Assembly: GCF_001194135.2 (NCBI RefSeq)
Contig: NC_068985.1
Location: 36,494,520-36,533,166, forward strand
Length of the DNA: 38,647 nucleotides
Source of the DNA: Octopus bimaculoides
Lineage: Eukaryota
Direction: 5' to 3'
Positions within the stretch are counted from its first letter, which is position 1; the number at the start of each line of letters is the position of its first letter. Below, one piece after another: positions 23,460-34,668 of the stretch. The notes under the pieces were generated by a model that saw only the letters and a program-made list of their open reading frames with translations, was not told the origin of the DNA and ran no database searches. A program made the position numbers and the translations under genes.

Positions 23460-24260
23460 TCGGTTGGTATTCATCTTCTTAAACACCTATATCCCAACAT
23501 CTACCAGAAAAACCTATACGATGGAGGTAATTCTAGAGGATTGCTTCCCTAGGGAGAACTAGTTAGGCAAAGTGTTTAGTGTAGGATATGGGCTGGAACA
23601 TTGTAAAAAGGATGAGAGGAGCAGAGTCAGGTGCATTGAGTAGATTGGATGAAAATAGCATTTAGATTACTCCCTCATAGGAGAAGAAAGTAATGCAGTA
23701 GTTGTAGAAGAAGCAGAGAGAAGTGGGAGTGAATCTGCAAGCTAGTTATCGGAGTGAATTGGTGAGAAAGTATCTTGTATCAGTCGAATGGACTTCCTTT
23801 ACTTGTAGTCTGGGATATTTGTATGTGTTTCAGTTGTACCATCCAAGACGTGTAGCCAGCACACTATTGAGCATATTTGAGCTTCGTAGAGAACTAGCAA
23901 CTGTTCAGAAGTAATGCATTTTCTGAGCTGAAGAGAGAAAGCTAGCCTTTCAGATGAAGATTTAGCGATGTTGTATATATGGGGTTCCCATAAAGAACGG
24001 TTAAGAATTTTCAGGCATGGATTAGTAAGGACTTATAGGACTTTAGTAGTCGTGTGTAGCTCACATGTAATGAGGGTAAAGTACAAGACTGTTTCCTTAA
24101 TATATACCACCATAATGTTTTGGGGATCTTGAAAGCGACCAGATTATAATGTCATCACCGATAGATATTTCGGATATCTCTATTCATGGAAAATGTGAAA
24201 TTCTGGCATTAGACGTTTAAGTTACATCTGGATTGTATGCATTTTCAGAAGGCTAAAAAG
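23460..24260 (-). mobile_element. Decayed CR1/Jockey-like LINE, 3' end of ORF2
   Basis: Minus strand YNLVAFKIPKT..WEPHIYNIAKSSSERLAFSLQLRKCITSEQLLVLYEAQICSIVCWLHVLDG..RKSIRLI..LTNSL..SLCFFYNY, the usual post-RT motif order. Confidence 0.65.
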
Positions 24261-24559
24261 ACAAAGTAGAGGGTGTCATCCTTCAGATAGGAATGTATTG
24301 TTAGAGGTTTTGTATGTTGGTACGTAGGTAGTTGGTGTACCAAGGGAAGAATGTGGGGAAACACCTAAACAATGGGGTACCTCGAATTAATAGGTCGGCG
24401 AGAACTCCTTCAGTGCACATTGTAATAGAGAAGTCCGAAGTGTGTGTATGTGGGGGAGGGGTAACTTAGCCAAGAAGAGCGTGACAAAGACAAGGAAATT
24501 TCAACGACCGTTAGCTTGTACACGCCGAAGTTAAGCTTGCTCGGGACACCAACAACCCT

Positions 24560-25560
24560 AGGGCCGGCCCTGATTATTAACCAAGTTTAGAATATGGTTA
24601 ATTATTTAAGTTCGTCTATAATGATTCATTTGTAAAGACGAAATAATAATTCATTGTAAACATATTGTTGTACTCCTAAACAGGAATATATACTTCTGTA
24701 ATCCCCAATTTAGCTAAAGTTGGAGAATATGGAAGAACAATGCATTAGACATATTCCCCATTTACTTGATACTTCAGAGCTCGAAAATAAGCCTCAACCT
24801 TAAGGGTTTCTGTAGTTACACTATACTTTCCTCTACCACTTTTCCCGTCCAATGTTAATTTTCATTTGCTCGTAAATCTTTTGAATGTAAGGCGTGGAAA
24901 ATCTTTTACCAACTGATGTATCCTGTATTGAGGTGAGATCATGAGGTGAGAGTACTTAAAAGCTCCTTTCAACTTTCTTTATTAGAAAATTCATTTGATG
25001 TGTATATTTCGCAGGGAGATAATTTAGTAGGTATGAATTAATAAAGACACTATATAAATCTGTATATCTGTTGACTTTATCATAGACTACATCCGTATGA
25101 GTAATATACGTGTATATTTGTACTCTACATTATCTATGCTCGTGACACTTTACGAATATTAATAACCAAAGTAAGCTGTAATCACTTCAATCTTCAATCT
25201 TTGTGACATTAAGCAGATGTGAGATGGATCCTGTACGGTATATTTCCGTTGTAGAAGCAGGGTAACTGGGTAAGAGATTGGAGTTGGTCAGTATTACTTA
25301 TATTTTGTTGTCGATTCCCAAAGTGGGCGATACTGCTCCGTGAGGGGCATTGGAAAGTTTTATATAAGTATTGAGAACAAAGGGGAAGCGGGGAACAAAA
25401 GGGGTACCAGTAGGGTGGAGCAAAAGATGTATTTTTTAATTGCTCTAATTTCTAAAAAAATGTTTTCTAGTTTTTATTGTATGTAAATCATTCAGTTATA
25501 TAGTGACCAAATGTGTTGAGAATCTATTTTATGTTGATGAAATAACTTATGTACCTGTCG
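24560..25560 (-). mobile_element. Possible very old Penelope-like RT relic
   Basis: Isolated minus-strand peptides FLEIRAIKNTSFAPPY (compare PLE QI.GTAMGT.FAP.Y) and CIVLPYSPTLAKLGI (compare PLE LVLP.HP.L). No continuous frame. Confidence 0.3.
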
Positions 25561-25998
25561 GCAGCAATTTTTTGTGATATATTCAGATTTGTTGAATCAT
25601 AGCTAGTGGGAGCTGAAAGAATGTTAGTAAAAGAAAGGGGGCGATAGTTAAAAAAAATTGAGAAACGCTAGTTTTACCAGACATTGTATAAGAATTGAGA
25701 TTTAGAGGCGGTAGGTTTAGAAATCTAGGAGGTGCATGTTTAGATGATTGCAATGCATCAACATAGCTATGAGCTTTTGCTTCTAAAACCCTAATATAAC
25801 TACTCTAAACCCCATTTCAACATAAAACACATCCCACCTACATCACCCTACATTAAATTCCAACTTCTGTTTTTCGTTCTTCTCTTCACGTTTCTCGATC
25901 AAATTCCAGCCTCCGTAGATGACTATGTTACTCACATTAATAATATTATATTCATGCATTTGAATAAAATTACATACATACACACATACATACATACA

Positions 25999-26088
<90 letters not shown>

Positions 26089-26228
26089 NNNNNNNNNNNN
26101 NNNNNNNNNNNNNNNNNNNNNNNNNNNNNNNNNNNNNNNNNNNNNNNNNNNNNNNNNNNNNNNNNNNNNNNNNNNNNNNNNNNNNNNNNNNNNNNNNNNN
26201 NNNNNNNNNNNNNNNNNNNNNNNNNNNN

Positions 26229-26307
<79 letters not shown>

Positions 26308-26309
<2 letters not shown>

Positions 26310-26460
26310 TTGTGTCGACGCCCCCAAGCGAAGAAGTAGGCTCGACCAAGACATATAAATAGAGGTAGTCTGACCGTGGTAGGAGTTGACTGACAGTAGA
26401 CTGACAGTTGAGTAGAGATCATCCGAAAGGTACTAGATAGCAGTAGCTTGAGACATAACA
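26308..26460 (+). mobile_element. 153-bp solo-LTR candidate inside an (AAT)n tract
   Basis: Starts TGTTGTGTC and ends GACATAACA (TG..CA, 9-bp terminal IR with one mismatch); internal TATAAATA; flanked by aataa on both sides. Confidence 0.55.
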
Positions 26461-27356
26461 AATAATAATAATAAGTAGCCCGGAGCTACGTTTCTTCACT
26501 GCTCGGATTATTATACATGTAACTTCAAGTGAAGAGCGACGAAGAAATTCTAAAACAATGAAATTCTTGAGGCATAGTCGTGTAAGTAATGCTTTAAGTT
26601 ATGAATAAATGTTATTGCTTTTGCCTAATATAATGTATTTCAAATAAATAAACGACTGGAAGTCAAACTTCTAGTTGAAATATTTAACAGGCACGTACGA
26701 AAAACATATTTAATGACTTGAAGAAAGAATTTGGAAATAGCTGAATGGGTCTCAGCGTGAGGAAGTCGTCTTGATTTCCAAGACTAAAGAGTCAATAACC
26801 CCATATCTAAAGATTCATAATATCTATTTGCTTACAGTACACAAAAGAATGTTGCACAAGTGCATATAGTCATGAAGATCAGTTACCGATCGACAAAGTT
26901 AGAATCAAAGACTACAAAAAAAAAAAAAAAGAAAAAAAGAATGGCGAGGGGAATGGATTAATTATCACATAACTTTTGGTAATGTTTCGTAGTGGTTCCT
27001 TGAAAAATTAGCCATGAATAAGTTAGTAACGTAAAAATAGGTACATCAAACACCATGAATAAATGTCAAACAGTTTTACGGATGCAGACAAAAGAAAGAA
27101 TTGCAAAAATCAGACATCCCTATTAGAAAAGAAATAGTCTAAGAAGATTCCCTCTATTCCCTTTGCGGGACGGACTGTTCCAACGAAGTCGCGTATTGTC
27201 CTTGCCTTCGAAACACGGAGTAGATGGACAGGGACAACTGATGAAGGGAAATATTCTTTATGTTGCATGTCTCGTTTCTCTGTTTGTGTTTTTCGTTGTT
27301 CGAAAAAAGTTCGTTTTCTGTTTTCGTCTTTATGTTTTCGTTTCTCATCGTGTTTG

Positions 27357-27652
27357 NNNNNNNNNNNNNNNNNNNNNNNNNNNNNNNNNNNNNNNNNNNN
27401 NNNNNNNNNNNNNNNNNNNNNNNNNNNNNNNNNNNNNNNNNNNNNNNNNNNNNNNNNNNNNNNNNNNNNNNNNNNNNNNNNNNNNNNNNNNNNNNNNNNN
27501 NNNNNNNNNNNNNNNNNNNNNNNNNNNNNNNNNNNNNNNNNNNNNNNNNNNNNNNNNNNNNNNNNNNNNNNNNNNNNNNNNNNNNNNNNNNNNNNNNNNN
27601 NNNNNNNNNNNNNNNNNNNNNNNNNNNNNNNNNNNNNNNNNNNNNNNNNNNN
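27357..27652. other. Assembly gap (296 N) in the intron interval that lacks a required exon
   Basis: N run. Other gaps: 2630-3199, 6951-7450, 15826-15835, 16891-16899, 26089-26228, 30523-31489, 32312-32862, 34669-35424, 36886-37270. Confidence 0.99.
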
Positions 27653-28437
27653 ACAAACAGTGTAGTAAACAAACTCATATACACACACACGAAACACATT
27701 AATACAGACACGCACACGCTCTCACACGCACAGAAACACACTAGCACCTTCACACGCACATACCCACACACACAGATACATATGCAAACGCATGCGCAGA
27801 TAAAGATACACATCACAGAAAAACAGAATGGACAAAATAGAACAAGAAGACACACGTGAGATGGACCCACTAACTCAAAGCAGATGAAAACATAGTGGAA
27901 AGTCGAAGTGAAATGGTAGGTTATAAGTGGCACGGGAACAACGAATAAACATTGAAAATGTTTCATGAATGGAAAGCAGACAGCTTTCCCTGAATACAGC
28001 CGAAGGTAAAAATCGTCTTATGTTGGATATCAAGACATGTGCTAAAGATTTAAGTTTACTTTTAGCATTCTGATAAGAAAGCCCAGTTTCTATGATGTAA
28101 CTTTGGTAATTCATTCTATGCATGAGATTTCGAAAAAAAAAAAAAAAAATCATTGAAGATGGTTTGTTCTGGATTTTCTAACAGAAAACTTGGAACTTTA
28201 AGGTTGTAGTTACCAATGAAAATGAGTAAAATGAGAAAGTAGTTTTTTAAATAGGAAACATTTAGAGAGTTGGTTCCTCACATCCCATCATAGAAGAATA
28301 TCGGTGCGCCCAAACTTAATTCTATTTAGTATTACAGTGCCTCATTACAAGCAATTACTGTATGTAATCTTAGATTTCTATTAAGAAATAACACAATTTT
28401 CCATAGAGTACGACAATGACGTTTCCAAGCAACGAAC

Positions 28438-29386
28438 CTGAGTTTACAGATGGACATTCAATCCAGCGATCTGCTCTTATATCGTATGTTTCTATGATGC
28501 CAGTAGGGCTTCCACCGCTCCAACCACCGATTACAAATAAAATTTGGTTAGGAATTCTTGCAGTTGGTAAACTAACATGTGATCTATCAATAGCTTCCAT
28601 GGGAGAAAAGGTTACAGGAATATGAAATAAGTTGTTAGTAAAATCTTCACCGCATGCGCAACAATATCTCTGTACTTGCTCAATGAAACACGCAGATGTC
28701 AGTTCAAACCGTACTTTCTGCAAAAGTCGGTTGAAATGATGTTTTCTTTTGTTTGGATCGTAACTGATCCAATCAACAATTCCATCAAAGACTATTTCTT
28801 CCGATTTTACATTAAGGCAATCCGAAGAAATGATTTCGCAGATATCATCAATATTCAGTCGCTGGAACTCATCCGACCGTCTGTATACAATTGAGAAGTT
28901 TTGCAGTATATACCTATGCGCTGCAAGTTGTAATTCCCGACATGAATATATCTGGGCTAGTCGTCTAATTCCAACACAATTTTCTGCGGTTAATCCAGTT
29001 GCCAGAAATTCACAACAACATTGCAGGAGGCGAATCATATTGAAATAATCAGCAGCTACTAGAAGATCTTCGACATTGTTGCAGTTAATGCTACACTCTT
29101 GTGTGTATGCGAACTCTAGAATGGAATTCATTGTATTGACGCTCACATTGGGAATAATCACTTTCTGACGATTACTTTGGAATCTCTCGTTGGTAAAAAG
29201 TACTCTGAAATAGGTACTGCTGGATGATAAAATCACACGATGAATTGGGAATGATGTGTTTCCTACTAAAATTTCAGCATCACATAGTTCGCCAGCATTT
29301 CGCAGTTCCATTAAAACATGACAAGCTCTAGTCGTTTCATTGTGATAAATCCTTTTTGTTTCGTCTTTCACTACTTCTCCTTCCAT
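28438..29386 (-). CDS. KLHL10: KLHL10-like kelch protein, first coding exon (BTB/POZ, BACK, start of Kelch repeat 1)
   Basis: Translation shows BTB (LCDAEILVG..FPIHRVILSSSSTYFRVLFT), BACK (ENCVGI..LNVKSEEIVFDGIVDWISYDP..R) and ILFVIGGWSGGSPTGIIETYDIRADRW, which matches the KLHL10 motif ILFAIGGWSGGSPTNAIEAYDARADRW. An in-frame TGA lies about 30 nt upstream of the ATG. Donor CAG|GTTCGT at 28437 gives 949 nt, phase 1; the last 22 aa of the track ORF are intron read-through. Confidence 0.9.
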
Positions 29387-29518
29387 TTGTAAAGTCTTGT
29401 GAATGATAATGCCTCTTCACAGAAAACTTTCCTTTCCGACGAAAGAGATTTTCTATCATACATTTTCTTGATTTTGTTTATTATTTTGTTTTGTTGTTGT
29501 TTTACAATCCTAACGTTT

Positions 29519-29710
29519 CTGCCGATAGCGAAAATAAAAAGAAAGAACGAAACAATGATCTCGCCATTGTGAGTGACGTCATCGAGTGATGCATGACGTT
29601 GCTGTGCAAGAGACTCAATGACGAAATGGAAATAGAAATAAAATAGAAAACCTATTGCTTCATTTTTTTTTCTCACAGTTTCACGTCATTTCGTTGACGA
29701 AATGACTTAC
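29519..29710 (-). other. Candidate 5'UTR intron (192 nt)
   Basis: Minus-strand donor AA|GTAAGT at 29710 and a long pyrimidine tract ending ttctttctttttattttcgctatcggCAG at 29519. Confidence 0.35.
29574..29699. promoter_or_regulatory. Cluster of CRE/ATF-type sites upstream of the KLHL10-like start
   Basis: Perfect TGACGTCA at 29574-29581 plus TGACG/CGTCA half-sites at 29594, 29619, 29684 and 29695. Confidence 0.4.
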
Positions 29711-31939
29711 TTATGTCTTCATATCTGCTGGAAATCCTGCGACAGATTTCTTACTTTGTTTATTCTTTCAGTTATAACAACAATAGTAAAAACATTAACA
29801 ACTTCATTCAACTTGAAACAAGTCCAATTATTATAGAGAAGTATGATCAATCAATTGAGTAGTCTTTCGAAACTACTGGCATTTACATATGTCATTGGCC
29901 ACACAGGAAGGATGAAAAGTCAACACCAGCAGAATTTGAACTAGAGTCGAGACTAAATAATGTATAAATACTATAATTGTGAAATAGCTTTAGCAACGAT
30001 CTTCAGTAAAACTATTCTTACGACCTTTGATAATAAATAATAAGTGAGGAAGATAAGTGATACAGTCAACTCATTCTTTCAACTGGAAATATATACTATA
30101 TACAGCCTGTGCCGTATTCTCGAAGACATTATTTTTGAACATAGTGATAACAGTGACAACAATGATTTCTTATACAGATACATATTTTCAGACTTATAAA
30201 AAGATGAAATGAGACTGTGTGGTGTTTATCTCCCCCTCCTCTTTGCTATCTAAATCTATGAGTTGGTTGTAACTTCAAGTAGTACTTATTTGCAGGTAAG
30301 TGGAACGAGCCATTGAAATTTGTGAGGTTTTGAAAAGGATATTGCATTGATGTTGATGGAACATAAACTCCATCAACCAATTGGACATCAAGGCGTCCCA
30401 GCAGGTCATGCAGCCTCAGTTAACAACAACGAAAGTATATATATATGCATGCATATTTCCATACTAACTACCTGATACTTATCATTAACGTGATTTTTCT
30501 CCTTATTTTATGAATATATATANNNNNNNNNNNNNNNNNNNNNNNNNNNNNNNNNNNNNNNNNNNNNNNNNNNNNNNNNNNNNNNNNNNNNNNNNNNNNN
30601 NNNNNNNNNNNNNNNNNNNNNNNNNNNNNNNNNNNNNNNNNNNNNNNNNNNNNNNNNNNNNNNNNNNNNNNNNNNNNNNNNNNNNNNNNNNNNNNNNNNN
30701 NNNNNNNNNNNNNNNNNNNNNNNNNNNNNNNNNNNNNNNNNNNNNNNNNNNNNNNNNNNNNNNNNNNNNNNNNNNNNNNNNNNNNNNNNNNNNNNNNNNN
30801 NNNNNNNNNNNNNNNNNNNNNNNNNNNNNNNNNNNNNNNNNNNNNNNNNNNNNNNNNNNNNNNNNNNNNNNNNNNNNNNNNNNNNNNNNNNNNNNNNNNN
30901 NNNNNNNNNNNNNNNNNNNNNNNNNNNNNNNNNNNNNNNNNNNNNNNNNNNNNNNNNNNNNNNNNNNNNNNNNNNNNNNNNNNNNNNNNNNNNNNNNNNN
31001 NNNNNNNNNNNNNNNNNNNNNNNNNNNNNNNNNNNNNNNNNNNNNNNNNNNNNNNNNNNNNNNNNNNNNNNNNNNNNNNNNNNNNNNNNNNNNNNNNNNN
31101 NNNNNNNNNNNNNNNNNNNNNNNNNNNNNNNNNNNNNNNNNNNNNNNNNNNNNNNNNNNNNNNNNNNNNNNNNNNNNNNNNNNNNNNNNNNNNNNNNNNN
31201 NNNNNNNNNNNNNNNNNNNNNNNNNNNNNNNNNNNNNNNNNNNNNNNNNNNNNNNNNNNNNNNNNNNNNNNNNNNNNNNNNNNNNNNNNNNNNNNNNNNN
31301 NNNNNNNNNNNNNNNNNNNNNNNNNNNNNNNNNNNNNNNNNNNNNNNNNNNNNNNNNNNNNNNNNNNNNNNNNNNNNNNNNNNNNNNNNNNNNNNNNNNN
31401 NNNNNNNNNNNNNNNNNNNNNNNNNNNNNNNNNNNNNNNNNNNNNNNNNNNNNNNNNNNNNNNNNNNNNNNNNNNNNNNNNNNNNNNNNATGTATGTATG
31501 TATGTATGTATGTATGTATGTATGTATGTATGTATGCATGTATGTATGTATAGGTAATAACAGAAAAGGAAGAATTTTGTGGTGAGTTGTAAGATATATA
31601 AGAAATTAAAAAAGGATAATACACACACTTTACATAGTTTTAATATAATTTTTAATATATCGACCGGTTTCTCTTTCGCTATTCATGATATTATGGTTTA
31701 CTTATTTGAATATGTATTTTCTTTAGAATTTTTTGTTCCTGTTGTGTGTGATGATATTTACAAGTGAATGACTTCATAAGTAAAAAATAAGGGGAGGTAA
31801 TTGGTTATCGTTATTATTGTTATTGTTGTGGGCAAGGGAGATAACTCTTCAGCTTTCGGTAAAGGTAGGGCAATATATATATACACACAAAAAGTTTCGA
31901 AAAACTTGTTTAGTGAGGGGATTTATGTACAGTGATGCA

Positions 31940-32311
31940 TGCATATTAAGACGTGTTCTGTATTTTTCGATGAAAAAAATTTCTTTATTTAAACGTTCTT
32001 GTGGAGAAATTGTGTCTTTGCACTGGTAGAAGGGGAAGACTGTGAAATTTGGTTTGATGTTATCTGCAAATTTTTCTATATGTTCACTGAGAAGAATTTG
32101 CCTGTATTGTGGGAAATGGATTTGCTCTTTATGTAGAGTGGTTCTCCGTCTCAAGGTCATACTCGTCTGTCCAATGTAGTTGTGTCCACAACCCGAGCAG
32201 GTTATTACATAAATTAGGTTCTCAGAGGCACAAGTGAAACTAGTTTTAATTGTGAACCTCTCTTCTTATTTGAAAAAGAAATCCGAGCCTTCAAGTAAGT
32301 TGGGGCAGGTT
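31940..32311 (-). mobile_element. Penelope-like element, GIY-YIG endonuclease 3' fragment running into an N gap
   Basis: TCPNLLEGSDFFFK*EERFTIKTSFTCASENLIYVITCSGCGHNYIGQTSMTLRRRTTLHKEQI..LSEHI..PNFTVFPFYQC..RLNKEIFFIEKY: LIY-YIG, catalytic R and E. Confidence 0.85.
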
Positions 32312-32864
32312 NNNNNNNNNNNNNNNNNNNNNNNNNNNNNNNNNNNNNNNNNNNNNNNNNNNNNNNNNNNNNNNNNNNNNNNNNNNNNNNNNNNNNNNNN
32401 NNNNNNNNNNNNNNNNNNNNNNNNNNNNNNNNNNNNNNNNNNNNNNNNNNNNNNNNNNNNNNNNNNNNNNNNNNNNNNNNNNNNNNNNNNNNNNNNNNNN
32501 NNNNNNNNNNNNNNNNNNNNNNNNNNNNNNNNNNNNNNNNNNNNNNNNNNNNNNNNNNNNNNNNNNNNNNNNNNNNNNNNNNNNNNNNNNNNNNNNNNNN
32601 NNNNNNNNNNNNNNNNNNNNNNNNNNNNNNNNNNNNNNNNNNNNNNNNNNNNNNNNNNNNNNNNNNNNNNNNNNNNNNNNNNNNNNNNNNNNNNNNNNNN
32701 NNNNNNNNNNNNNNNNNNNNNNNNNNNNNNNNNNNNNNNNNNNNNNNNNNNNNNNNNNNNNNNNNNNNNNNNNNNNNNNNNNNNNNNNNNNNNNNNNNNN
32801 NNNNNNNNNNNNNNNNNNNNNNNNNNNNNNNNNNNNNNNNNNNNNNNNNNNNNNNNNNNNNNAT

Positions 32865-33765
32865 ATATTGTATTAGGGGTCTTGAAGTGGTTTATATGCC
32901 CAATTTTGTCATGAAGTCCGCGATTACAGTGGGGGTACATAACAGCAGAGTCAAGACCTGATGGGATTTTAGCTTTCCGTGCAGCCCTCCTCTCTTTAGC
33001 TTCTCTGGTCACATCCTGATTCTGAGCGCTGTATTCCAGATACACAGAACTATGCCACAGTGAGTGATCATGAGCAAAGTATTCCCAAGTAGACTGCTCC
33101 ATGTTACACTTTTCTCACGGTTGTCTTGAGTGTCTTTCTATCTATTCTTTGCTCCACCACGTGACTGAGAGCCAAATGCTAGTTCACCAAAGAAGCGGGC
33201 ATGCATGTTACATGTACTTCATGCAGCTAGAAATGACTTAGTAAGGCATACATGCTTGACATATTATCTCTCTCGAACACAGTTGTATTGGGAATTTTAT
33301 CCTATTTCATGATGTCAAGAATTTTTCTCAGCCGTGTTAGGTGAAAGTGGTTAAGTTTTTTTCGCACGTCTTTGGTAAACTGTCCAGGACTTCACATCCA
33401 TAAGGTAATGTAGTCATCGCATTAGCTTTGTGTATGTCAAGTACTTTTTTTTTTAGGGGTGGGTACACCAGGTTTTCTCCAAACCTTGTGATGAAGACGT
33501 CCAAAATGTAGAGCTGACTTTTGCTATCTTTGCGTCTACTCCATCATCAATGTAAACACTTCATAACTGTATTCCCAGAGTAGGTGAATTAGTCTTTAGT
33601 GTGGAGAGGTTGATTGTTCACAGTCAGGAGATTTTAACGTAAAGTTTTCTTGGAGCGGGCTGGTACATAACTTTTCGATACTGATAGTAAGACCAGAGTT
33701 ATCACAAGCTGAAGCAAAGTTGTCTATGTTATGGAAAGATCAGTTTCATGGTTTGCATTCAGAGC
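32865..33765 (-). mobile_element. Decayed RTE/BovB-like LINE, 3' end
   Basis: ALNA..DNFASACDNSGLTIS..YQPAP..FTYSG..IDDGVDAKIAK..; 3' end WEYFAHDHSLWHS..ERRAARKA..YPHCNRGLHDKIGHINHFKT (RTE C-terminal zinc-finger remnant). Confidence 0.8.
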
Positions 33766-33924
33766 ATTAGCGTACATACATACATACATGCATACATACA
33801 TACAGGGGGTTAAAAATCGCAGTAGAGTCCGTTCGAACGGACAGCCATGTTGAAGTGGGTACGAATACTACTTGATGGTGCAACTACTGCGTTGGTCACT
33901 TAGATTTTAGAACTAGCATTTTTG

Positions 33925-33971
<47 letters not shown>

Positions 33972-34629
33972 TGTTATTCGTTTGTCACATAAACCACACT
34001 GACATTCTGGGATGAAGCCACGTTGAAAAAAAAATGCTTATCGAGTCCCTTAGGAAGTATTTTAGAAAAAATATTGCTAGCATTTACGAGCAAAGAGATA
34101 CCACGTTGCTTATCACCGATCATACAATCACCGTTTCTTTTGTAGGGGTTGACTATATTTGTATCTTTAAAATCTTCTGAAGCTAATTTAATTTTGATAA
34201 TATAAGTTTCTCAGCTCATTATTTCCAAAGTTTAGAGAGGTTTGTGAATACGTCAGTTGAATCCTTAGACATCAGATAGACCCTGCTGTACATAATAGGA
34301 TACCATATCATTTGTGTCCAAAAATTCTTGCAGGTCAAGAGCTCATTAACGAAACCACTTTTCTTTCGTTCCAAGTAGCTTTGACTTAACTGCCTTCTAA
34401 CATGTAAATTCAAATATAAAAAGCAATAGAATTAACTGCTTTCATGCGAAGTTATGTGTTACAATAAACATTATTGTATTTTGGTAGGATCATTTTACCA
34501 ATAAAAACATACGCACAGGTTGTAGTTTAGTGATAATTATCAATCAATTTAATGGATTGATTAATTTAAAAGCTGAAAAGTGATTAGTACGAGTGTGTTC
34601 ATGACAAAATGACTCTTGTAAGTTAGAAC

Positions 34630-34668
<39 letters not shown>

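Noticed and set aside
25843-25960. NIVIYGGWN on the minus strand as the missing Kelch exon
   Set aside because: No PRAYHG, no Y/W Kelch signature afterwards, and no splice sites giving the required phases.
26341-26400. SYHG on the minus strand as part of PRAYHG
   Set aside because: The context (VNSYHGQTTSIYMSW) is not Kelch-like and lies in the solo-LTR candidate.
27196-27250. Permuted hammerhead-like arrangement GAAAC..GTA..CTGATGAAGGG
   Set aside because: Stem I cannot form between the putative cut site and CTGATGA, stem II is only wobble pairs, and TTGTCCTTG/CAGGGACAA forms a competing hairpin. Probably a repeat terminus; a family consensus is needed.
27875-28153. YIIETGLSYQ as a GIY-YIG remnant
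   Set aside because: Only a short partial motif with no upstream GIY or downstream H/E pattern.
34219-34413. Short minus-strand ORF as an exon of another gene (also 37271-37382)
   Set aside because: No recognisable protein similarity and no consistent donor/acceptor pair.
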